Part shown: piece by piece, positions 1 to 8,386 of the stretch
Numbering within the stretch: position 1 is the first letter of the stretch
How the letters are laid out: each line of letters starts with the position of its first letter
Origin: a virus
Reading direction: 5' to 3' (one strand)
Virus record (IMG/VR): IMGVR_UViG_3300046170_000391
Length of the DNA stretch: 64,000 nt
Notes under the pieces: generated by a model
The model's input: only the letters and a program-made list of their open reading frames with translations
What the model was told of the DNA's origin: nothing
Databases searched by the model: none
Program-made: the position numbers and the translations under genes

Positions 1-56
1 TTTTAAAAATAAACAAGATTAATACACAACTCTACGTTTTACTTTTTTATTTTGTA

Positions 57-767
57 TTAATCATAATTCTTTTTTACATGAGCATGATTTTTGTACCAAT
101 CTTCTCTATCTTTTTGCATTTCTGCACGTTTCTTCTTTGTTTTACGTAGCTCTTGTTTATCTAACCAAGTAACTTTAGAAGTCCAAGTATCTCTACGAAC
201 AGGTATAACCTGACATATAGGAGTGCCAGCAGGAATAATTACTTCCGGACCTCCTGCTTCTAGCATTGAATGGATAAAAGGTATATTTACTATATTATCA
301 AAAGTATCAGTATCCACAAGCCCTGTAAGAGGAATAATAGGATTATCAAGCCTGTTTAGAGGAGGTAAAAATAGTAATGAGTAGTCTTTTGGGGTTTCAA
401 TTCGCCAAGGATTCATCCACTTGAGAACTGTAAATGATTCCATTGGAGATCCGGGTATCTGTCTCATAGGATGAGTCTCGATTGGGGGCCATTTAGAGAT
501 AAGTATTTTGTGCTTTTCATCAATGAAATCTAGCTTTAAAGACAAATCAGAAAGTTGTCTAATAACAATATCAACATGGTTGAGAAGCATATAACCAGCA
601 GTCATTGCATCCAAAAACGGTACACATTTTTTAACTGTTTGGTCGCCATCATTCCAAGCTGGTGTTTTTTTAAACCAGTCTGGTACTGTGCGTTTAGTAG
701 GAATTGGGGGAAGTACAATTTGATCAGGAAAATCCTGCATTAAATGAAATTTGATTAGTTTTTTCAT
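57..767 (-). CDS. Conserved phage hypothetical protein (possible dUTPase-like beta fold)
   Basis: 236-aa ORF; motifs KKCVPFLDAMTAGY, GLVDTD, PAGTPICQVIP recall a common aquatic-phage family; ATGA overlap with upstream ORF. Confidence 0.6.
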   Translation of the reverse strand: MKKLIKFHLMQDFPDQIVLPPIPTKRTVPDWFKKTPAWNDGDQTVKKCVPFLDAMTAGYMLLNHVDIVIRQLSDLSLKLDFIDEKHKILISKWPPIETHPMRQIPGSPMESFTVLKWMNPWRIETPKDYSLLFLPPLNRLDNPIIPLTGLVDTDTFDNIVNIPFIHSMLEAGGPEVIIPAGTPICQVIPVRRDTWTSKVTWLDKQELRKTKKKRAEMQKDREDWYKNHAHVKKNYD

Positions 768-925
768 GCAGAAGCAACATTAGTTGGAGTAAAAAAAGTA
801 GAAGGAACTTCCTCAGATGTAGTACCACAATCGCAAATATCACAACCACACGCACCGTTCTCGCAACAGTCCCACGCACAATGGCAGTTACATCCGCATT
901 TCTTACAATTCTTCGTTTCGATCAT
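764..925 (-). CDS. Metallothionein-like Cys-rich small protein (53 aa, not in ORF track)
   Basis: Manual translation MIETKNCKKCGCNCHCAWDCCENGACGCDICDCGTTSEEVPSTFFTPTNVASA; 11 Cys + 1 His in CxC/CC/CxxC motifs; ATGA overlaps with both neighbours. Confidence 0.75.
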   Translation of the reverse strand: MIETKNCKKCGCNCHCAWDCCENGACGCDICDCGTTSEEVPSTFFTPTNVASA

Positions 926-2010
926 GCAGCTAAACTTTCGGGTAAATGAATTAGGGGATTAGAAGGATTAACACCTAAAAACTTGCCCCATTCTGCATAA
1001 TAATGACGCATACCAACTTCGTCATGAATAGTCGAATTCTCATGTCTACCATGTAGTATGTTTCTTGATTCTGTTCCCTCACGCATCGTAGTACCCTGCC
1101 CAGCAACGCCAATAAGGTCTTCGTGTAGATTACGACCAAAAGGACCCCAGATGGAGTTGTGATGTTTTATGCGTGTTTGTCTTTCTTCTGGTGTATCTTT
1201 TCTTAGTCCATATCCACGAAACTCAATAAGAACTTTATTAGGACCAAGGGGTGTTACCGAGTCTGAACGATATGCGCTCCCACGGAGGTTAAAATTGAAT
1301 CCTGGGAAGAGGTCAACCATGTACCACTGGTTGGGCGGCAGATTGGGAAAAGATAGTTCCCCGCGATCTTCAAATCCATCATACTCTTCATAGTTAACAG
1401 TAAAGCTGCTAACATTAACATGACCATTATCAAAAGGAATATTCTTTCTAGCGAAATACTCATCGTTAAATCCTGACACTCTGTTGAAATAATGCATAAA
1501 GTCATGATAGAACTCGCTGTTAGTATCATGCCATAATTTATAATTAGTATCTATAATAGCTTTATGATAATGAAATACTTCCATTTCTTCAGTATCAATG
1601 GCATCTGCAATACAATCAAATGCACCTGCTGTCCATTCATCTACGCTTTGTGTAGGATTAGGATCAAGTGTTACCCAAACCATTCCACCATGTTTTACTT
1701 CACAGTGTAGTTGTGGTTCGACTGTTACGATTGGTGCAGCGACTGTACCAGATGGAGAATTAAATCCATGATTACAATATGCCTTAACACCGTCTTTGGT
1801 ATTTACTGCAATCACATTCTGTCCAGCAATCTGTGTGGTTCTATAGTTGCCTTCATTGTACATCTCTGAGATATGACACATAGGAACCCAAACTTTACTA
1901 AAGATCATTTCTTGTTCTGCTAGATAAACATCGTGACTATTATAACAGTCACTACTAATATATTCAATTTTCGGTAATTTAGTCCAATTGTTATGGTTTC
2001 TTGGTGCCAT
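922..2010 (-). CDS. msmA: Aromatic ring-hydroxylating oxygenase alpha subunit, methanesulfonate monooxygenase MsmA-like, with truncated Rieske domain
   Basis: NYKLWHDTNSEFYHDFMHYFNRV, WGPFGRNLHEDL and TIHDE.GMRH match MsmA as I recall it; probable start MAPRNH at 2010. Confidence 0.75.
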   Translation of the reverse strand: MAPRNHNNWTKLPKIEYISSDCYNSHDVYLAEQEMIFSKVWVPMCHISEMYNEGNYRTTQIAGQNVIAVNTKDGVKAYCNHGFNSPSGTVAAPIVTVEPQLHCEVKHGGMVWVTLDPNPTQSVDEWTAGAFDCIADAIDTEEMEVFHYHKAIIDTNYKLWHDTNSEFYHDFMHYFNRVSGFNDEYFARKNIPFDNGHVNVSSFTVNYEEYDGFEDRGELSFPNLPPNQWYMVDLFPGFNFNLRGSAYRSDSVTPLGPNKVLIEFRGYGLRKDTPEERQTRIKHHNSIWGPFGRNLHEDLIGVAGQGTTMREGTESRNILHGRHENSTIHDEVGMRHYYAEWGKFLGVNPSNPLIHLPESLAA

Positions 2011-2392
2011 CTTCGTTTCCTTCTTCCATTGCTGATTCATAATAAATTATGATTTCATTTTGTTGATCAATAAAACGTTTAATATCTGCTATGTTAAGTG
2101 CTAAATTTTCATAATCTTTTATAGCTAAAGCGACATAAGCTAACTCACCATTTTCTTCTGTAAAATCTTTTACAAACTGGTCGTAGTTATCTTTATTAAC
2201 CACATAAACTCTAGTATCAACTAGCTGGAGTGGTTTGGGCCTTGCTACTACTGGTACTGTTATTTTCTGAGTCTGAGTTACTACCTTGACTTCCTGTTCG
2301 GGGATCAGGCTGCAACCAGTTAGGAAGAGGCTTGCTATCACTACTGCCAGTGCTTTCCATGAAGTCTCTCCAAAGTTTAGCTGTTGCTCCAT
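1991..2392 (-). CDS. o-spanin-like outer-membrane lipoprotein
   Basis: Hydrophobic stretch with lipobox LTGC; overlaps 3' part of the i-spanin-like gene in another frame. Confidence 0.6.
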   Translation of the reverse strand: MEQQLNFGETSWKALAVVIASLFLTGCSLIPEQEVKVVTQTQKITVPVVARPKPLQLVDTRVYVVNKDNYDQFVKDFTEENGELAYVALAIKDYENLALNIADIKRFIDQQNEIIIYYESAMEEGNEDGTKKP

Positions 2393-2708
2393 TCATTCTA
2401 CCTTCTAAATTTGCAGCATCTCTAAGAGCATCTGCAAGTAAATCTAATTCTCTGAGTTTTTGACGAAGATTATCTCCGTATGCTTCGGCCTTTTGCAAAT
2501 CAGTCTGAAGCTGAATAGTCAGTTGTTGATTTAGCTCTGCTTGTTGAGTAAGTGTTGCAATACTTTGCTCACTGATCATAGCAGCTGTTTCTAATTTAGC
2601 ATTATTTTCAGTTAAAATACTAATGCGAGTTTGCGTGATAGTATAATACCAATAGCCCATGCCTAATATCGCTATTAAAACGCCAATTAGAACCTTACTA
2701 AGCATCAA
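2217..2708 (-). CDS. i-spanin-like protein
   Basis: Single N-terminal TM helix followed by long coiled coil; overlapped by a lipoprotein gene. Confidence 0.6.
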   Translation of the reverse strand: MMLSKVLIGVLIAILGMGYWYYTITQTRISILTENNAKLETAAMISEQSIATLTQQAELNQQLTIQLQTDLQKAEAYGDNLRQKLRELDLLADALRDAANLEGRMNGATAKLWRDFMESTGSSDSKPLPNWLQPDPRTGSQGSNSDSENNSTSSSKAQTTPAS

Positions 2709-3050
2709 TTAGCCTTTTCTATGTTTCTGACCTTTTGGAGGCGACTTTTTAGATCCTGAAGGTCCAGCCCAATAGACTTTATTAGCCCAGTAAGCTGCTG
2801 ACATTTTTCCTTTGGCGATGTTGCGGGCGTGGCGTGCTTTAAAAGATTTTCGTGCCTCTGGAGAGTAGTTATGCCCCATTGAAGAGTCTCCAAAATGTAT
2901 GACTCGCACTTTATCTCCTTCTTTTGCCAAGACCATGCCTTTTTTCTCTGCTCTGTCTGATCTTCGTGGTTTATTGAATCCATCAAATGTCTTCCCTCTA
3001 TAATTGATTTTTCCGCTAGGAGTCCGTTTTAGTCCTGGAATCTTTGCCAT
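2709..3050 (-). CDS. Basic conserved phage protein
   Basis: 113 aa, Lys/Arg-rich, IHFGD...RKSFKARH...SAAYWA motif typical of a widespread phage family. Confidence 0.6.
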   Translation of the reverse strand: MAKIPGLKRTPSGKINYRGKTFDGFNKPRRSDRAEKKGMVLAKEGDKVRVIHFGDSSMGHNYSPEARKSFKARHARNIAKGKMSAAYWANKVYWAGPSGSKKSPPKGQKHRKG

Positions 3051-3216
3051 CTTTATATCTCTTTTCTATATCACATACAATTTGCCATTGACGATGTGTC
3101 AGTTGTGGGTACTTTGTTTGCGCATTTACACAACCTAATATAAAGGATTTTTCAGCATCGGTCAACGACTGATTATCTAAAAAGTCCTTTAATGGTTTCT
3201 TAATTCTTCTTGTCAT
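3016..3216 (-). CDS. Hypothetical protein
   Basis: Fills gap in operon; probable start MTRRIKK. Confidence 0.5.
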   Translation of the reverse strand: MTRRIKKPLKDFLDNQSLTDAEKSFILGCVNAQTKYPQLTHRQWQIVCDIEKRYKDGKDSRTKTDS

Positions 3217-3331
3217 CGTTAGGTATATCATATATGAAGGGATCTAATTTTATAATCTCTTTTTTCTTACGCTCAAACTCACGATTGAACTTCCATTCGT
3301 TGTATTTTTCAAGCAACCAGTTTAAGAACAT
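3200..3331 (-). CDS. Small hypothetical protein (43 aa, not in ORF track)
   Basis: MFLNWLLEKYNEWKFNREFERKKKEIIKLDPFIYDIPNDDKKN; overlaps both neighbours. Confidence 0.55.
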   Translation of the reverse strand: MFLNWLLEKYNEWKFNREFERKKKEIIKLDPFIYDIPNDDKKN

Positions 3332-3815
3332 GACTATCTACCTCCGGGGTTACACATACAGTGACTCTAAAATCTTCACTTAAATTAAATATGCGGTGTT
3401 CTACACCGCTTTTTATTAAATAACTCATTCCTTGCTTATAAGTATATTTTCCGTCATCTTTAAATTCGATAAAGCTATTATCTGTTTTTATGGCTGCTAT
3501 CATAGAAGAACTAAAAGTAACGGTGTCAGACTTATCTACATGCCAAGGTATACTACTTTTTGGGGCCAGAACAGAAAGATATAAAGTTTTGATGCCTCCT
3601 ATCTTTAATGACTTTGACCATTTTTCGATACTCGGAAAATGTTTCATCATAGGCGATGTTTGAGAGTTATGTATGAGATCAAAAGATTTCCACTTTGGGT
3701 TGAAGTAACGTTCTGCAAATAAGTGATTTCCTAATTTATAGAAATACATCACCCGTTCAATATCAACACCTTCAAGTTTAGGTACTGGTATTTCTTTGCA
3801 GTTTGTCAAACTCAT
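3309..3815 (-). CDS. Asp/Asn beta-hydroxylase-like 2OG-Fe(II) oxygenase
   Basis: IPWHVD...HRIFN...R (HxD..H triad). Confidence 0.7.
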   Translation of the reverse strand: MSLTNCKEIPVPKLEGVDIERVMYFYKLGNHLFAERYFNPKWKSFDLIHNSQTSPMMKHFPSIEKWSKSLKIGGIKTLYLSVLAPKSSIPWHVDKSDTVTFSSSMIAAIKTDNSFIEFKDDGKYTYKQGMSYLIKSGVEHRIFNLSEDFRVTVCVTPEVDSHVLKLVA

Positions 3816-4473
3816 CTCTCCTGTTCTTTAACAAAGGTAAAAAGGGAACAGCACTTTTTTCAAAAATAATCGGATCATCGTTTTCAACAGTCATAATAAT
3901 TGCTATATCTTGAATTCCTGTACCATACATTTCATTATGTGCAACAGCGTATGCACAGCCTTGAATATAGTAGTCCGTAATTTGCTTTTGATTCTTTTTC
4001 TTTTTTGATGTTTTAAAATCAATAATTGTAGGCTTGCCTTTCCATATACCTACCATGTCTGTTCTTCCTGCATAGCGGTATTTATTAGACCATAGTACTT
4101 GTTCTTGTCCCCAAACTTCTTCAACACCTGTTTCAGTAGCTCTAATAAGATTAGCGGTCATAGATCTAACATCCAACTGTAATGTCTTGATTTCTTCCCA
4201 GACGTCTTCTCCGTTGAAGTGTCTTTCAGCAAGCTCATGAACAAGCGTGCCTCTATCCGTAGCAAGTTTAGAAATGCGTGCAGCTTCTTCTTCACCAACT
4301 TTATCCTTCCATCTTTGTAACCAAGTTTGATCTGATGTCTTACCTAGTATAGTTGTAATAGATGGGTAGGACCCATCAGGGGTATGATAAGTTCTACCAG
4401 TAGGTAATGTGTCTGTGTCTACTTCAGTTAGATACTTGAACTTCTCTTTTGTAATCTTCCACTGTGTTAACAA
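3778..4473 (-). CDS. PD-(D/E)XK exonuclease (Cas4/lambda-exo-like)
   Basis: YPSITTIL, RGTLVH, AGRTD, IIDFKTS, QGCAYA motifs. Confidence 0.85.
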   Translation of the reverse strand: MLTQWKITKEKFKYLTEVDTDTLPTGRTYHTPDGSYPSITTILGKTSDQTWLQRWKDKVGEEEAARISKLATDRGTLVHELAERHFNGEDVWEEIKTLQLDVRSMTANLIRATETGVEEVWGQEQVLWSNKYRYAGRTDMVGIWKGKPTIIDFKTSKKKKNQKQITDYYIQGCAYAVAHNEMYGTGIQDIAIIMTVENDDPIIFEKSAVPFLPLLKNRRDEFDKLQRNTST

Positions 4474-5791
4474 TAGGTTTTCCTTTTGCGTTTAAACTCG
4501 TGTTTATCAGTATGGGGTATCCATATTGTCTGGTTATCTCTAGTACTTTCCAAATATAAGCATTTTTATTGCGACTAACTAGTTGAAGACGAGCTGATTT
4601 ATCATGAGTAGTAAAATTACCTCCAATAATATCAGCAACAAATAGCATATCATGACTAGGCTGATAAATCTTAAACCACGTATCAGCTTCTTCTTCTTGA
4701 CAAATAGGGGCATAAGGCCTCCAGGAATCTGTATCACGTTTCTTAATTTTGTTTAATTTTTTAATATTATCATTTGTAGGAATACAGAGCAAGCTACGAT
4801 TACCTAATGCACGAGGCCCAAACTCAGCCTTTCCCTGTATAATAGGAACAATTTCTCCTTTTAGTAATCTTTCCGCCGCCTCATCTGTAGTGACATCATT
4901 AGTATCGGTTATCCCTAAATAAGCACTCTCCCATAAAGGTCTACAAATTAATGCCGCTGCTCCTAAAGCACACCCTGCATCTCCTGCTGCAGGTTGTATC
5001 GCTACTGAATCAAATCCTGAGTGTTTTTTTATTTTAGTATTAGCGACACAGTTTAATGCTACTCCTCCTGCATATGCTAAGTTTTTCATACCAGTTTCTT
5101 GTTGGAGCCACGTAGCCAACGCAAGAAGAACATTTTCAGTAACTCTTTGAACTGAAGCAGCAACATCCCAATCTAAAATACCGTAACCAACACCACGTTC
5201 AAGGTTATGCAATAGAGTGTAATCTCCATCCGCATTCCAATCTATTATTTTTTGATTTATCCAAGGTAACCACTTCGGCTCTCCATGAGCAGCTGCTGCC
5301 ATTACTTGAGACTCATCACAAAGAGGTTTAAGTCCCAAGAAACGAGTAGCACTAGAGTAAAATAAACCAATAGAGTTTGGATACATAAACCTTTTAATCC
5401 ATTCAATTTTGCCATTTTGATAAACTCCTAAAGATGTTGAATATTTACCTCCTACGGTATCTACCACCATAACGGCACACTCATACCAATCAGTCAAAAG
5501 GACAGAGCTCATAGCATGTGCTTCATGATGATCTACTAAAACAGGTTGAGCTTTAGTAATCTTTTTAATTTCTGATTTAAAATCGTTGTAAGTAGACTCT
5601 TCATAAAAAGCAGCAAACTCAAAGTCTTCATATACATCTTGCAACCATTTTACTGTATTATGAGGGAAGGATTTATCATATTTTTTACGAGTAAAACGTT
5701 CCTCATGAGAAGCACCAACTATTGAAGTATCTTTTATAAATGCTGCAGCGCTATCGTGGTGATAACAGCTGACTCCTAGTATGTTCATCAA
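4424..5791 (-). CDS. Carbamoyltransferase (NodU/CmcH/TobZ family)
   Basis: HDSAAA, EERFTRKK, HHEAHA, GGVALNC, EFGPRALGNRS, RPYAP, NTSLN. Confidence 0.9.
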   Translation of the reverse strand: MMNILGVSCYHHDSAAAFIKDTSIVGASHEERFTRKKYDKSFPHNTVKWLQDVYEDFEFAAFYEESTYNDFKSEIKKITKAQPVLVDHHEAHAMSSVLLTDWYECAVMVVDTVGGKYSTSLGVYQNGKIEWIKRFMYPNSIGLFYSSATRFLGLKPLCDESQVMAAAAHGEPKWLPWINQKIIDWNADGDYTLLHNLERGVGYGILDWDVAASVQRVTENVLLALATWLQQETGMKNLAYAGGVALNCVANTKIKKHSGFDSVAIQPAAGDAGCALGAAALICRPLWESAYLGITDTNDVTTDEAAERLLKGEIVPIIQGKAEFGPRALGNRSLLCIPTNDNIKKLNKIKKRDTDSWRPYAPICQEEEADTWFKIYQPSHDMLFVADIIGGNFTTHDKSARLQLVSRNKNAYIWKVLEITRQYGYPILINTSLNAKGKPIVNTVEDYKREVQVSN

Positions 5792-6326
5792 AATACCTAT
5801 TAAAAATTGAAGTTAAATCTTTTTTAGATTTACTCATAAAATTTGGTTGATTTATGAAATCAACAAAAGCCCATCTATAATTATCTACTATGGGTTGAAT
5901 TCTATGTACCATGAAACAAGGAAAATATAACGATTTACCAGGTTTAGGGTATATTCTTGCTATAATTTCTTCCGGCTCTGGAGCAGAAAAATCTGTTTGA
6001 AGTACTCTAGATTTTTCAGGATTCCAAGTACCTATTTCAAAAGGTTTACCTTCTGTTAAGTAGATTATATGTGTCCAGTATCTTTGCGGTCGAGAGGTAC
6101 TTAATTTACTATTTGTGTAATCTAGATTATCAAAATGCCACTCGTACCCCTCACCAGGCTTTAGAAGAATAGCTACTTTTCCTGCTACATCACATCTCCA
6201 TTGATGACCGTAGTTATAAAAGTTTTTATCACAATATTCTACAATTCTGCTTGCGCTCTTAGCGATTTTCTCGTTAAACCCAATTTCGACTGCATCTCTC
6301 CACTTACCTGCAATGAAATCTTCCAT
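5751..6326 (-). CDS. 2OG-Fe(II) oxygenase
   Basis: YEWHFD...FPCFMVHRIQPI...RW. Confidence 0.75.
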   Translation of the reverse strand: MEDFIAGKWRDAVEIGFNEKIAKSASRIVEYCDKNFYNYGHQWRCDVAGKVAILLKPGEGYEWHFDNLDYTNSKLSTSRPQRYWTHIIYLTEGKPFEIGTWNPEKSRVLQTDFSAPEPEEIIARIYPKPGKSLYFPCFMVHRIQPIVDNYRWAFVDFINQPNFMSKSKKDLTSIFNRYFDEHTRSQLLSPR

Positions 6327-6883
6327 CTTTCGTATACCTCCAAGGCTAACTCGTCACAAAAGTTATTATGCCCAAGTTGATTCATATGACCCCTACCATC
6401 TGGGTATTCTTTAACGTAGTCTCTTAAGTAGTGTCTCCAAATACAAGGATTTTGGGAAATCATGTCGTTATCAATAACATTAGGCCTATAAATAGGAATA
6501 AGTAATAAGTTATCTGGAGTGGCGTCTCCTAGCACTGCTTTTATAAACAAAGCATTAGTTCGCCAATACCAAGGCATACGAGTAATTTTTTTGAACCAAA
6601 GATCTTGAACTAGTTTACCCCACACATCTCCTTCGCCCCACTTATAGGGTAATAAATAATCTCCTGTTCCTCTAGGATCTGCTCTATGATGATGTCCAAT
6701 AAGCCAAATTACACGATATTTATTGACAAGTTGGTTATTTATAATGTATTCTGCTTGTGCATCTAAGGTTACACCAGCTTTTTCCCACCTATTTTTTAGT
6801 CCTAAAATATCAAACGCGGGATAAGGGGCTTCGTCACTAGGAATAGACCATGAATTACCTACTACAAAAATTTCGCTACTCAT
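6239..6883 (-). CDS. SGNH-hydrolase-like protein
   Basis: VVGNSWS near N-terminus and DGRGHMNQLGH near C-terminus. Confidence 0.45.
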   Translation of the reverse strand: MSSEIFVVGNSWSIPSDEAPYPAFDILGLKNRWEKAGVTLDAQAEYIINNQLVNKYRVIWLIGHHHRADPRGTGDYLLPYKWGEGDVWGKLVQDLWFKKITRMPWYWRTNALFIKAVLGDATPDNLLLIPIYRPNVIDNDMISQNPCIWRHYLRDYVKEYPDGRGHMNQLGHNNFCDELALEVYERWKISLQVSGEMQSKLGLTRKSLRAQAEL

Positions 6884-7541
6884 GCTAATAGTATCCTGTG
6901 GAGATAGTTTTACTCAAGGAGAGGGCTTAAGTTTACGAACTGAAGCTTATCCTTATCTAGTCGCTAAGAGGCTCAAAGCAAGTATTAAAAACTTATCTCA
7001 AAGTGGAGCGTCTGAATATCTTATTACATCACAAATTGAGCAGGCTGTCAAGTTAAAACCTGATTTAATACTTATAGGTCATACGAGTGAGTATCGTTGG
7101 GAGATTTGGGATTACAGAAATAATATCAATCAAGGATTTCTTATCGCCAACCATGTATTACAAAATGAAAAATACTATAGAAATTGGATATTTTCAGAAC
7201 AAATACTAGCAAACCGAAGGAGCGATGATCAAAAACACAAGGCAGCTTGGCACGCTGCAGGAATGTTATATTTTTCAGATGAAGCATTAGTTCGAAGACT
7301 ATGGAGCGGTGCCGTATCAAAACAAATTCTTTTGTGCCAAAGGGCTAATATACCTGTAATTCATCACTGTTGTTTTCCTCATTTACATCCATATTTGAAG
7401 GAATTAACAGACGATTATGTAGAATTTCATCTTGATTTAGAGAAACATAAAGACTTAGCCCCTGACGGATCACATGCAGGGGCGTCTAGTCATTTTAAAT
7501 TAGCAAAAATGCTTATGAACAGGCATCTACCCACTCTTTAA
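6882..7541 (+). CDS. SGNH/GDSL-hydrolase-like protein
   Basis: GDSFTQG, NLSQSGASE, DGSH; only + strand gene inside the leftward block. Confidence 0.65.
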   Translation: MLIVSCGDSFTQGEGLSLRTEAYPYLVAKRLKASIKNLSQSGASEYLITSQIEQAVKLKPDLILIGHTSEYRWEIWDYRNNINQGFLIANHVLQNEKYYRNWIFSEQILANRRSDDQKHKAAWHAAGMLYFSDEALVRRLWSGAVSKQILLCQRANIPVIHHCCFPHLHPYLKELTDDYVEFHLDLEKHKDLAPDGSHAGASSHFKLAKMLMNRHLPTL

Positions 7542-7749
7542 TTTCATCCCATTTTTCCTCTTCTTCTTCAAGAGAATTTTTGCGAACAATAGTTGCTACC
7601 TTAGTAATAGTAGCGACAGGTAAGCCATACTCAGTTTTAATATCCTTTTTTAGTTCTGCAATAGATTCTCGGATTGATTCTGCTTGAATCATCAAGTCTA
7701 CAATACGTGAAATTTCTTTTCTTACTTCTTGTTTTAGTGCTGGTTCCAT
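7513..7749 (-). CDS. DsbA/GapR-like small dsDNA-binding protein
   Basis: 78-aa helical protein, I..L..DIK.EYGL....I.KV..I.RK pattern; SD GAGGA before MEPAL. Confidence 0.55.
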   Translation of the reverse strand: MEPALKQEVRKEISRIVDLMIQAESIRESIAELKKDIKTEYGLPVATITKVATIVRKNSLEEEEEKWDEIKEWVDACS

Positions 7750-7750
7750 T

Positions 7751-8386
7751 TTATTCCTCATAGTTAAAAAGGTTAAAGTCACTCCAATAGTGTTCTTCTA
7801 TTAGTTTTTTCTGATTTCGATTTAGCTCAACAGAAATATTAGATACGTTTGCTCGTTCAAGAGTACATCCGTGAACACTGAGAAAATGCGTTAGGCTGTG
7901 AAGAGTTGCGTCAAAGTCATATATTAGTTTAGGTATTATATTAAAATTTTGATCACATAAGAAGCGATAAATGGGTTGGAAATGGTGGTTACACTCTTCT
8001 AAATTTCGATCTTTGAGAAGATGTTCAATAAAATAAGTTAGGTTATGAACTCTTGCTAAGTTTATTGTTGAGTCTAGCTCTAAACAACGTTCAGTATCTC
8101 GTAATGCAAAGTGTTTATATAATGCTAATATTCTAAGGTAAGGGTGTCTTATAACAGCGAAATTATGTAATCCATTCGTCTCAGCATACTCTGGAGTTAT
8201 ATAGGTTAAATTTATATGGTGATGAACGTAATAATAATCAGTAGAAGATTCATCATGTATCTTCTGTTTTATCAGAGCCGCTTTTACAGCAGTACAACCA
8301 CACTTAGTAACTCCCCAATAATTAAGGTTATAATCAGGGTATTGAGTTATATTGAAAAATTTACTTTTATCATACTTAATCATCAA
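7751..8386 (-). CDS. Sulfotransferase (Sulfotransfer_2 family)
   Basis: 5'-PSB TKCGCTAVK, 3'-PB RHPYLRILALY, HFQP. Confidence 0.75.
   Translation of the reverse strand: MMIKYDKSKFFNITQYPDYNLNYWGVTKCGCTAVKAALIKQKIHDESSTDYYYVHHHINLTYITPEYAETNGLHNFAVIRHPYLRILALYKHFALRDTERCLELDSTINLARVHNLTYFIEHLLKDRNLEECNHHFQPIYRFLCDQNFNIIPKLIYDFDATLHSLTHFLSVHGCTLERANVSNISVELNRNQKKLIEEHYWSDFNLFNYEE

Noticed and set aside
3778-4473. Cas4-like nuclease suggesting a CRISPR system
   Set aside because: No repeat-spacer array or other cas genes seen; it lacks the Fe-S Cys set and fits a common stand-alone phage exonuclease
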